Source of the DNA: Eledone cirrhosa
Lineage: Eukaryota
Assembly: GCA_964016885.1 (NCBI GenBank)
Contig: OZ024740.1
Span: 433,318,001-433,382,000, forward strand
Direction of reading: 5' to 3'
Length of the DNA stretch: 64,000 nt
The position numbers were made by a program, and so were the translations under genes. This document shows positions 23,178 to 31,779 of this stretch, one piece after another. How positions within the stretch are numbered: position 1 is the first letter of the stretch; each line of letters begins with the position of its first letter. The notes under the pieces are model-generated. The model worked only from the letters and a program-made list of their open reading frames with translations, did not search any database and was not told the origin of the DNA.

Positions 23178-24407
23178 ATGGGTAGAAATAACAAAATTGC
23201 CATGGTGATATCCATCGATGAAATTTGCGACAAAACTGGTCGATGTCCAAAAATAGAACATTGCCCGGAAGATCACACCTGCCATATCTGTACGGAACCC
23301 GAAAACTCGTTCCGTAATCGTTGGGTCGAATGTGGAACCTGTCGCATCTCTGTCTGCCTTCAATGCGCCACAGGCTTCCGGAAGATCCCAGGCCAAAATA
23401 AGAAACATCACATTGCTACGATGGATAGACTCTGGGAGATGGTCCAGCTAACAAACTGGTCCTTTCAGTGCCTGGGCTGTATGCCTGCTTCTCCCATTAC
23501 TGCGGAACAACAACAAAGACCGAAGATCGTGTCTTCTACCATTGTTCCTGAACAACAACAACAAAAACTGAGGATCGTGTCTTCCTCTACCATTGTCGCT
23601 GAACAACAGCAAAAACCAACGACCGTAGCTTCTGCTACTACCCCCGTTGAAGGACTTCATCAACAACAGCAACCCATGTCTTCCTCACCCGTTACTTTTC
23701 AACAACAACAACCGACGACTGTGTCTTCTACCATTCCTGTTGAAGGAGAAGAACAACAACAAAAACCGACCGTCAATACGGAGTTTGAGGAAATACGGCA
23801 AATGATTTCCGCTTTAAGTCAAGAAATAGCGGAAATAAAATCAAGCGTTCGTGTAGAACCCCACAATGAGGGATCTTACCGGAGTGCCTTGTTAAAAAAT
23901 CTCCGCGTACCTCATGTTGAACCTAGACGCATTGAGAATGCCACTGAATCTGCAAACCACGAAGTGATTGCCATTGGTGTGCCGGAAGACATAGTTGATC
24001 TTCAGGCATTTGCTACCAGTTCATCCAAAGACCTGGGCTGTGCTCCCGCAAAGGGTGCTCTACGCCTTGGCCGACCAGGCCCGAAACCCAGGTTAATTAG
24101 ACTGTCGTTTTCAAACTCGGCTGAGGCACGTTCATACCTTGTAGCCTCTGATAAAGCTAGGCGTGAAAGTCGGATTGCTTTCCGAACACGTCCTGGTCTT
24201 CCACCTGATGTCCGCCCAAAGTTGCGTGCTGCAGCTTCCCTAAACCGCAGCTCGGCAGAACATGAAAGCTTCAGCCTACGAGATGATGGGCAGATATGGA
24301 GGTTTGTTAAGGCTGGCGAATCATGGAAAAGAGACACCAGCTGGTCTGAAAACAGTGTACCCACAACAACTGACAATAAAGAAACTGAAAAAACTCTGGG
24401 AAACTAA
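23178..24407 (+). CDS. CR1 ORF1: PHD-like zinc finger, Gln/Thr repeats, coiled coil, RRM-like domain
   Basis: CHIC..WVECGTC..VCLQC..FQCLGC; ~5 EQQQxP(T/K)xVSST repeats; EFEEIRQMISALSQEIAEIKS; VIAIGVPE..RLGRPGPKPRLIRLSF. ATG at 23178 chosen over TTG at 23151. Confidence 0.88.
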   Translation: MGRNNKIAMVISIDEICDKTGRCPKIEHCPEDHTCHICTEPENSFRNRWVECGTCRISVCLQCATGFRKIPGQNKKHHIATMDRLWEMVQLTNWSFQCLGCMPASPITAEQQQRPKIVSSTIVPEQQQQKLRIVSSSTIVAEQQQKPTTVASATTPVEGLHQQQQPMSSSPVTFQQQQPTTVSSTIPVEGEEQQQKPTVNTEFEEIRQMISALSQEIAEIKSSVRVEPHNEGSYRSALLKNLRVPHVEPRRIENATESANHEVIAIGVPEDIVDLQAFATSSSKDLGCAPAKGALRLGRPGPKPRLIRLSFSNSAEARSYLVASDKARRESRIAFRTRPGLPPDVRPKLRAAASLNRSSAEHESFSLRDDGQIWRFVKAGESWKRDTSWSENSVPTTTDNKETEKTLGN

Positions 24408-25681
24408 ATCAGAACAACCTGCCATCCCCTGCACATAATCATAGACTGGAATCAAAGTACAAACTGTTGTCCTTGAATGCACGTAGTCTATGCAATAAGA
24501 TTCATCTTTTTGACTCCTACGTCAAAAGTATCAACCCGGACTTCATTACAGTCACGGAAACTTGGGCACATCCCTTACTCTGTGATGGGGTTTTCAGCAT
24601 GACTGGCTACAACCTGTTTCGTAAAGACCGTATTAATCGTCGTGGTGGTGGTGTAATGGTCTACGTTCGGTCAAATCTGTCGGCAATTCCTTGTGCTGAT
24701 TTGAACCAATCACAGCAGGAAGTTTTTTTCTGCGATATACGTATGACCATGTCAACACTGCTACTTGGAGTCGTTTACCGTCCCCCAAATTACCATCAGG
24801 ACACTCAACTTTGTGATATCCTCAGAGCTGCTGCCAGGAAGACAGCCACTTATGTTTTCATTGCAGGTGACTTCAATCACCCTGAGATTGACTGGGAGAC
24901 CTTTCGTTGGCCGCCAAGTGCAAATGACTTACTTGAGCTGGTGCTGGACTCGAGTTGGTCCCAGGTGGTCACCTCCCCAACGAGAGGTGACAACACTTTG
25001 GACCTACTCTTCACCACTACTCCTGAAACGGTCATTAGTGTTACTGCTGAGGAACCTTTAGGTGACTCTGATCATGCTATGATCATTGCCAATCTATCCC
25101 TCATGGGCAGTAACAAGAACCACAACCATCTCCAAACTGCTCACTTTGACTGGAATAGAGCAGACTGGAACTGTTACTGCACCGAGTTGCAACGGCCAAA
25201 CTGGCTTGAGTTCTATGACTCTGGAGATGTCAACACTGTACTCCAGAACATCCTGAGCTCAATATGGACAGCATGTGCAGCATCGGTGCCACGTAAGCGG
25301 AAAAAACATCCTAAAAGTGCAATTTGGGAGACTGCAGCAGTCCGTCTTGCCAGAAAAGAACGGCGCAATGCTGAACGTGAGTACAAACTTCACAAATCAG
25401 ACATTAATAGGAAGAGGCGAAATAGATCGTCCAACCACCTCAAACAGGTGACAAAAAAGGCAGTGCTTCAATTTGAGCAGCGCATAGCAACCAGCCCTGA
25501 CAGTAAGGTGTTCTGGAAGTATGTTCACTCAAAGCAGAGGCCTCACTCTCCAGTTGGTCCTCTTCGCAATCCCCACACAAGCCAGGTTACTGACGACCCC
25601 AAGGAATGCGCAGAGCTCATTGCTGAATGCTATGCAGGCATTTTCACCATTGAAGACCAGAGTGTACCATCTCCACCATGA
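24398..25681 (+). CDS. CR1 ORF2 part 1: APE endonuclease + linker (no initiating ATG)
   Basis: SLNARSL, VTETW, RKDR..GGGV, VVYRPP, AGDFNHP, PTRGDNTLDLLF, LGDSDH; frame is -1 relative to ORF1. Confidence 0.9.
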   Translation, partial: GKLNQNNLPSPAHNHRLESKYKLLSLNARSLCNKIHLFDSYVKSINPDFITVTETWAHPLLCDGVFSMTGYNLFRKDRINRRGGGVMVYVRSNLSAIPCADLNQSQQEVFFCDIRMTMSTLLLGVVYRPPNYHQDTQLCDILRAAARKTATYVFIAGDFNHPEIDWETFRWPPSANDLLELVLDSSWSQVVTSPTRGDNTLDLLFTTTPETVISVTAEEPLGDSDHAMIIANLSLMGSNKNHNHLQTAHFDWNRADWNCYCTELQRPNWLEFYDSGDVNTVLQNILSSIWTACAASVPRKRKKHPKSAIWETAAVRLARKERRNAEREYKLHKSDINRKRRNRSSNHLKQVTKKAVLQFEQRIATSPDSKVFWKYVHSKQRPHSPVGPLRNPHTSQVTDDPKECAELIAECYAGIFTIEDQSVPSPP

Positions 25682-27222
25682 CACCGGACTCTATTACAAC
25701 CATGGAATTTACACCTGCAATGCTGCGACGTCACCTAAAAAATAAACGCAACCATGCCTCTCCTGGTCTTGATGGTGTTACGTACCTGCTTCTTAAACGT
25801 GGTGGGTACTTCCTTCTACACCAGTTATCACGCTTCTTCCAATTCTGTCTGAACAACAGTGCTACTCCAGAACAGTGGAAAACTGCCAGTGTAATTCCTC
25901 TGTTCAAAAAGGGTGACCGCACATCACCTGTGAACTATCGTCCAGTCAGTCTTACTAGTTGCATCGCCAAACTGATGGAATCCTGTGTCAGAGAAACACT
26001 TTGGAACTTCTGGAGCTCTCACAGTCTTATCCGGCCTTCGCAATTTGGATTTATCCCCAACTCCAGCTGCTGTGATCAACTTATAGAGTTTCTTGAGGAC
26101 ATCACCCGGATCACTGATGGCGGCTCATGGGTGGATGTTGTTTACCTTGACTTTGCGAAGGCCTTCAATTCTGTGCCGCACAAAAGGCTTATGGCAAAAC
26201 TCTCTGCAATGGGTGTGAAGGATGATCTTTTTGACTGGTTGAAGTCCTTCATTCTCAGTCGAAGAGAGGTAGTCACGGTTCTGGGACAGCATTCCTCACC
26301 ATATGAGATGTCATCTGGTGTACCTCAGGGATCTGTTCTTGGCCCCCTTTTGTTTGTGGCATATATTAATGACATAGATGCCAACTTAAGGAATGCCACA
26401 GTACTAAAGTACGCAGACGACATCAAGCTGTACCTTGAGATAAAAAGGATAGATCCTGAACACTATAGAGCTTGCTTGCAGTCTGACCTGGACACAATGC
26501 AACAGTGGATCTCAGACTGGCAACTCAAGCTAGCTGTGGACAAGTGCACCACCATGCATTTTGGGAGTAAAAACCCAGCGTCCACATATTCCCTCCACAG
26601 CACTAATATCAAGAAGTCTTCCTGTGAACGTGACCTGGGCATTACGGTCAGCAGCGATTTGCGTTGGACGAGGCACGTCTCTAAAATTGTCAAGAGGGCC
26701 GAGGGTGTCTTAGCATCACTCAGCAAGACCTTTGTCAGCCGCTCTCCAGATATCTATTTAAGGCTGTATACAGCTATGGTGCGACCACACTTAGAATTTG
26801 CATCACCAGTCTGGAACCCCTATCTTGCTCAGGACATTGACCGCCTGGAAACTGTTCAGAGACGTGCAACCAAGCGAATACCCTCCATCAGGCATCTACC
26901 ATACTCTGATCGCCTTGCTTCCCTGGGCATGGATTCATTGAAGCTCCGACGCCTGGCAACTGACTTGGTAAACACCCACAAAATTGTTAACCATGTTGCC
27001 AACAACAACCCTGAGTGCCTTTTCGATTTCCATGTGTCTAACACACGTGGACATGCCCACAAAGTAAGAAAACAGCACAGTTCCCATGACTTTCGGAAAC
27101 ATTTTTTCACGCTCAGAGTTGCTGAAGCATGGAACAAACTACCTGCATCAGTTGTTAGCTGTCGAGACGCTGCATCCTTTAAGGCCTCCATGCTTCCCGA
27201 GATCCGCCAACACTACAGCTAA
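25678..27222 (+). CDS. CR1 ORF2 part 2: reverse transcriptase + C-terminal domain
   Basis: SPGLDG, WKTASVIPLFKKG, NYRPVSLTS, QFGF, YLDFAKAF, GVPQGSVLGPLLF, YADD, VRPHLEFASPVW, TRGH, FFTLRV..WNKLP (CR1 signature). Confidence 0.95.
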   Translation: MTPDSITTMEFTPAMLRRHLKNKRNHASPGLDGVTYLLLKRGGYFLLHQLSRFFQFCLNNSATPEQWKTASVIPLFKKGDRTSPVNYRPVSLTSCIAKLMESCVRETLWNFWSSHSLIRPSQFGFIPNSSCCDQLIEFLEDITRITDGGSWVDVVYLDFAKAFNSVPHKRLMAKLSAMGVKDDLFDWLKSFILSRREVVTVLGQHSSPYEMSSGVPQGSVLGPLLFVAYINDIDANLRNATVLKYADDIKLYLEIKRIDPEHYRACLQSDLDTMQQWISDWQLKLAVDKCTTMHFGSKNPASTYSLHSTNIKKSSCERDLGITVSSDLRWTRHVSKIVKRAEGVLASLSKTFVSRSPDIYLRLYTAMVRPHLEFASPVWNPYLAQDIDRLETVQRRATKRIPSIRHLPYSDRLASLGMDSLKLRRLATDLVNTHKIVNHVANNNPECLFDFHVSNTRGHAHKVRKQHSSHDFRKHFFTLRVAEAWNKLPASVVSCRDAASFKASMLPEIRQHYS

Positions 27223-27343
27223 CACATACAAACATGTACTTCCCTGGCATTTGTGTATTATTCTATGTACTATATTGACGAGTTGTAGTGCACCTGAGCA
27301 CTTTACACAATAATTTCATTATTATTATTATTATTATTATAAT

Positions 27344-29512
27344 AACTGGAAGTTCTTACGTGACAACTTGCTGCAGGCTACTGATGAAACCTGTGGCTGG
27401 AGCAGAGCTCCAACCAGACAGAGAGTGACCTGGTGGTGGAACAGCACAGTAGATAAGGCTATTAGAGACAAAAGACTAGCATGGAAGGCTTGGAAAAAGG
27501 GTGGGAGTAGGGAAGAATATACAGCCACTATGAGAGAAGCTAGACGTCAGGTGTACTTAGCACGCAGGGAGGCAGAGAGTAGGAGGTTTGCCAATGTTCT
27601 GCGACGGGAAGATCAGAGGCGTGCGGTGTTCCACATTGCAAGGCAGTGTGTCAATGCAAATCAGGATGTTGTTGGTGATAAATGTGTCCGGGATGATGCC
27701 GGTGTACTTAGTGTCACGAATGACCAGAAAAAGGAGGCCTGGAAATGTCATTATGAGAGACTGATGAATGCGGAGAACGAATGGGAGAGAGAGAAATTAC
27801 CCTTGGTAGATCCGACAGAGGGACCAGCTATTGAGATTGACGAATATAGGGTCCAAGAGGCGATTAGGGAAATGAAAAATGGTAAGGCGGCCGGACCATC
27901 GGGAATAGTTGCTGAGATGCTGAAGGCATCAGGGGACGTAGGCACTAAACTGGTTGCACGCATCATCAATCAGGCTATATATGGTGGTGTCATACCCAAA
28001 GACTGGTGCAGCAGTATTCTCATAAATTGCTACAAAGGTAAAGGGGATGCTTTGGAGAGGAGCAATTATAGGGGTATAAAACTGATAGATCAGGTTATGA
28101 AAGTGGCAGAAAGGATTTTAGCACAACTAATTAGAGAAAGGGTCAAACTAGATGAGATGCAGTTTGGTTTTGTGCCTGGAAAGAGTACAACAGATGCCCT
28201 CTTCTTGGTGAGACAAATGCAAGAGAGGTTCTTAGAGAAGAATAAGCCACTATACTTAGCCTTTGTTGACCTAGAGAAGGCCTTTGATAGGGTACCCCGA
28301 TCTGTCATCTGGTGGTCCCTAAGGAAGCTAGGTGTTGAGGAATGGCTTGTGAGGACAGTGCAAACTTTGTACAGAGGTACTCTCAGTAAAGTCAGGGTAG
28401 GAATGGCGTTTAGTGAGGAATTCCAGATACAAGTAGGAGTACATCAGGGTTCAGTCCTCAGCCCGCTCTTGTTCATTATAGTCCTCCAAGCCATAACAGA
28501 GGAGTTTAAGACTGGCTGTCCATGGGAACTTCTCTATGCTGATGATCTGGCTCTTATAGCAGAATCAGTAGAGGAGCTAGAGAATAAATTCCGGTCATGG
28601 AAACAGCAGTTGGAAGCAAGAGGACTGAGAGTAAATCTAGCTAAGACAAAAGTGTTGATGAGTAGAAAAGAGGACAAAACCCTGATTCTGTCAGGGAAAT
28701 GGCCATGTTCGATATGCAGAAAAGGAACTGGCATAAATTCTATAAAATGCACACAATGCAGGTCCTGGGTACACAAGAGATGTAGCGGGATAGCAGGCAA
28801 ACTAACAGGTAGGGAGAAATATGTATGCAGTAGATGTACAGGGAAATTAGACAGTAGAAGTCGCACTGATAGACACATTTTTCAAATGCGAGAGGGCGCT
28901 ATAGAAGTGGTGGATAGCTTCCGGTACCTGGGAGATCAGATTAGCATGGGAGGAGGGTGTTCCGAGGCCATAGTATCTAGAATAAGGACGGGTTGGAAGA
29001 AGTTTAGGGAGCTGCTTCCTCTGTTGACGAAGAAGGGTTTCTCCCTGCGTACGAAAGGCCGGTTGTATGATGCCTGTGTGAGGAGCGCGATGCTGCATGG
29101 TAGTGAGACATGGGCAGCAACCGCAGAGGATATGCGACGGCTGGAGAGAAATGAGGCAAGCATGCTCCGTTGGATGTGCAGTGTAAATGTGCGTGAACGA
29201 CCCAGCATAAATGTGTTGAGAGAGAAACTGTGTCTGAGAGGGATAGAATGTAGTGTACGGGAGAGGAGACTGAGGTGGTATGGACATGTGATGCGCATGG
29301 AGGATGACCGATGGGTGAAGAAGTGCCAGGAAATGCCAGTTGAAGGAAGACGTGGTAGAGGTAGACCACGAAAAACATGGGCGGAGGTGGTGAGAACAGA
29401 CCTCAGATCATTGAAGCTCACGGTGGAGATGACGAGGGACCGTGACGAGTGGAGAGATGCTGTGCTGAATAAGACCCGTCCCACCCTTGCAAGCAGGGAA
29501 AAGCGGACGTAA
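27344..29512 (+). CDS. RTE ORF, C-terminal part: reverse transcriptase with inserted PHD finger
   Basis: TWWWN, GKAAGPSG, NYRGIKL, QFGF, FVDLEKAFDRV, GVHQGSVLSPLLF, LLYADD, C4HC3 finger, FRYLG, RLRWYGHV, GRGRPRKTW. Confidence 0.95.
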   Translation, partial: NWKFLRDNLLQATDETCGWSRAPTRQRVTWWWNSTVDKAIRDKRLAWKAWKKGGSREEYTATMREARRQVYLARREAESRRFANVLRREDQRRAVFHIARQCVNANQDVVGDKCVRDDAGVLSVTNDQKKEAWKCHYERLMNAENEWEREKLPLVDPTEGPAIEIDEYRVQEAIREMKNGKAAGPSGIVAEMLKASGDVGTKLVARIINQAIYGGVIPKDWCSSILINCYKGKGDALERSNYRGIKLIDQVMKVAERILAQLIRERVKLDEMQFGFVPGKSTTDALFLVRQMQERFLEKNKPLYLAFVDLEKAFDRVPRSVIWWSLRKLGVEEWLVRTVQTLYRGTLSKVRVGMAFSEEFQIQVGVHQGSVLSPLLFIIVLQAITEEFKTGCPWELLYADDLALIAESVEELENKFRSWKQQLEARGLRVNLAKTKVLMSRKEDKTLILSGKWPCSICRKGTGINSIKCTQCRSWVHKRCSGIAGKLTGREKYVCSRCTGKLDSRSRTDRHIFQMREGAIEVVDSFRYLGDQISMGGGCSEAIVSRIRTGWKKFRELLPLLTKKGFSLRTKGRLYDACVRSAMLHGSETWAATAEDMRRLERNEASMLRWMCSVNVRERPSINVLREKLCLRGIECSVRERRLRWYGHVMRMEDDRWVKKCQEMPVEGRRGRGRPRKTWAEVVRTDLRSLKLTVEMTRDRDEWRDAVLNKTRPTLASREKRT

Positions 29513-29623
29513 AATGATGATGATGATATATATATATATAAATAATACACATACACATATATATATTTTCTTTTTTCAGTCTGGTCTACCATGTTTGAGC
29601 CCCCTGTTGGAGACAGATAGATA

Positions 29624-30514
29624 TCTTTCTTTATTTGCCACAGGGGCATACAAAAAGGGGACATTACAAGACGTGACGGCGGGGGTTTTACATAAAAATA
29701 ACTTTAACATTAATAAATAACAATAAACTATATATAATAAAATAACAATTGAAATCCCTAATAGGGGGGGGGGGGGACATTACTACAGGGTTGTTTTACA
29801 CCCCGTGGATAGAACAACCCTCAACTCCAGGAACACGTTTTGTAGGTGTTTCTGTCTTCCCTCTGTTTATCTTACTCAACCTACAGGTTTATATACAGAG
29901 AAGGCCCATTCACCCCGGGCCATTTTTGTCACATTCACCCACCTTTCAGCGAATTTACTGGGGTGTAGCACCTCTCTCTCCACTCTCACCTAACTTCTGA
30001 AGTGGTACTTAAAGATGGGGATAAGTTGTTGTCCGGAGAGAAAGGTGTTTGCCCTCAGTCCTCTTAACCTCGTCCACCATATTACCTCTTTCGCCATAGC
30101 CACCAGACAGAGGAAGAACACCTCTCCTTCGTTCTTAAATGAAGGCGGCGGGGTGATCCTCACGATGGACTCGGCTGACAACTGGATGCGTCCCACACGT
30201 GACAGCAGCTGTTCGACATAATTCCACAGGTCGGTCACCCCTGGGCACTGAACAATTGTGTGCAGAACGGTTTCGATGTCCTGCTCGCATCTTGGACAGG
30301 TCCTTTTGGTAGGATCTCTGCCAGGGCGTCCGTGCCTGTAGATTTTGTCTCCAACTGGTAGAGCTCCTCGATAGCACTGCCAGGCCAGAGACCTCTAGAA
30401 GTTATCCATAGGCTCTGGTCAGTTCGTCCTCCTCGATACCTAGAGTTTCCCCTGAGAACATTGTCGCACTTATCCTCCACTAATCCCCTATAGAATGTCA
30501 AAGTGGAGTCTCCG
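29624..30514 (-). mobile_element. 5'-truncated Tx1/L1-clade LINE (C-terminal CCHC + 3' UTR) with 21-bp TSD
   Basis: Minus-strand CPRCEQDIETVLHTIVQC..LWNYV..AKEVIWWTR; 3' end AATAAAGAAAGA; TSD CCTGTTGGAGA(C/T)AGATAGATA at 29603-29623 and 30600-30620. Confidence 0.78.
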
Positions 30515-30680
30515 GAAGAGAGAAAGAGGGAGGGACAGAGAGAGTAAGAAATGTGTGTGTGTGTGTTTGGTACACGTCTACCTATTTATCTATCTATCTC
30601 CTGTTGGAGATAGATAGATAGACGTGTACCAAACACACACACATTTCTTACTCTCTCTGTCCCTCCCTCTTTCTCTCTTC
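30515..30680. repeat. Inverted repeat (~75-85-bp arms, TGTT loop) at the Tx1 5' junction
   Basis: GAAGAGAGAAAGAGGGAGGGACAGAG...TATCTCC-TGTT-GGAGATA...CTCTGTCCCTCCCTCTTTCTCTCTTC. Confidence 0.92.
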
Positions 30681-30702
30681 ATTTATATATATATATATAT
30701 AT

Positions 30703-31707
30703 AGTGGTAGAACACTGGAAGGTAATATCCGTAGTGGTAGAGCACTCAGTCCATGGGACGAGTTAGGTAGAAGTGGTTACACAACAGTTAGTTCACTATA
30801 CCGAGAACAATTGTTTCACCTTAGCGGATCCTCAGCTCGTAATGGACATAGTTATACTGAACAGGAAGAACAACCATACGAACGCGCATGCGCAGAAACC
30901 GGTCACTTCACACAGGCAATACTAAAATGCGTGCAAGAGGTGTAAGGGAGTTAACTGCGAAAGTCCGAAAAGTTTCTAGTTGATAAGAAAATTATGATGT
31001 TGTTGTAATTCAATCCGGAGCTTTGTAGTTATGCAAGAGGTGTTTTGAGACGCGTGGACAACATGTGAAGAATTCATTTCTCGTGTTTAGGCAATCAGTA
31101 TTACATAATCTCTTTAGAATATTTATTCGTTCATCAATACATGGTCCACACGACGGATTTCTCCTTGCGTATGGCTTGGACTTAGTGATGGCTTTCCATT
31201 GAATGGAGTAGTCTATACTTGAGTCCTTGAGGGACCATACATGGTTGAACGTCTGTCCGAGTACCTAAAGGTCGACTGGTGGTTCAGGAAATGTTCCTTA
31301 AATCGGCCCTCCGCCATACCCACATAGGATTTGACCTCGTGTGGTTGATTTGGTCGGTTGGAAGTGACCACAGCTTCATAAATTACAGCGGGTGTGTTGC
31401 ATTGCTGTTGAAAGGGACAAGCTTCAGGCTTACGGCAAGAGCACCCTGGTGGGGTGCTGCTCCTAGGCGTGCTGGTGATGTGGGATTTCATGTTCTTAGC
31501 GCAGGAGTATCCTAGTTTTACTTTATGTCGGTTAAAGATGGAGCAGTATTTATGACCTATGGGAAAGTGTCTATCTAAGAGGGCTAGAAACTTTTTGCCT
31601 ACATTGGTTTTAACGTTGAGTGAGAAGGGAGGAGAGAACCAGATAGTTTGTCTATTGTTACGCTTTCTTTTCTTATTGCTGTTGTTGATAGTGGGAGAGT
31701 AAGTGAT
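30703..31707 (-). mobile_element. 5'-truncated Penelope-like (Neptune-type) element: linker, GIY-YIG endonuclease, pseudo-LTR
   Basis: IWFSPPFSLNVKTNVGKKFLALLDRHFP..FNRHKVKLGYSC; CSCRKPEACPFQQQCNTPAVIYEAVV..YVGMAEGRFK..NH; frame breaks; flanked by (TA)n at both ends. Confidence 0.85.
30798..30842 (-). ncRNA. Minimal type I hammerhead ribozyme motif in the Penelope pseudo-LTR
   Basis: Minus strand UACGAG-CUGAGGA-UCC GCUAA GGU-GAA-AC AAUU GU-U-CUCG(G)UA: stem I CGAG/CUCG, palindromic stem III, weak stem II. Confidence 0.65.
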
Positions 31708-31779
31708 AGGCCACTGCTCTTTTCAACAACGCCAAATATATATATATATATTTGGCGTTGTTGAAAAGAGCAGTGGCCT
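31708..31779. repeat. Perfect 72-bp palindrome centred on (TA)n at the Penelope 5' junction
   Basis: AGGCCACTGCTCTTTTCAACAACGCCAAA-(TA)n-TTTGGCGTTGTTGAAAAGAGCAGTGGCCT. Confidence 0.93.

Larger units (their letters stand above)
22143..27338 (+). mobile_element. Near full-length CR1-clade LINE inserted into the RTE ORF
   Basis: ORF1 + ORF2, (ATT)n tail; ATAAT present at both junctions (22138-22142 and 27339-27343) as TSD/microhomology. Confidence 0.92.
21053..29527 (+). mobile_element. Full-length RTE-clade LINE, interrupted by a CR1 insertion
   Basis: ~190-bp 5' UTR, single APE-RT ORF in two halves, (ATG)n tail immediately after the stop. Removing 22143-27343 restores GAC ATA GAT AAT|AAC TGG in frame. 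Confidence 0.93.

Noticed and set aside
28936-29664. 242-aa antisense ORF over the RTE 3' end (and other antisense ORFs over the LINEs)
   Set aside because: Shadow frames of the RT coding strand with no motifs.
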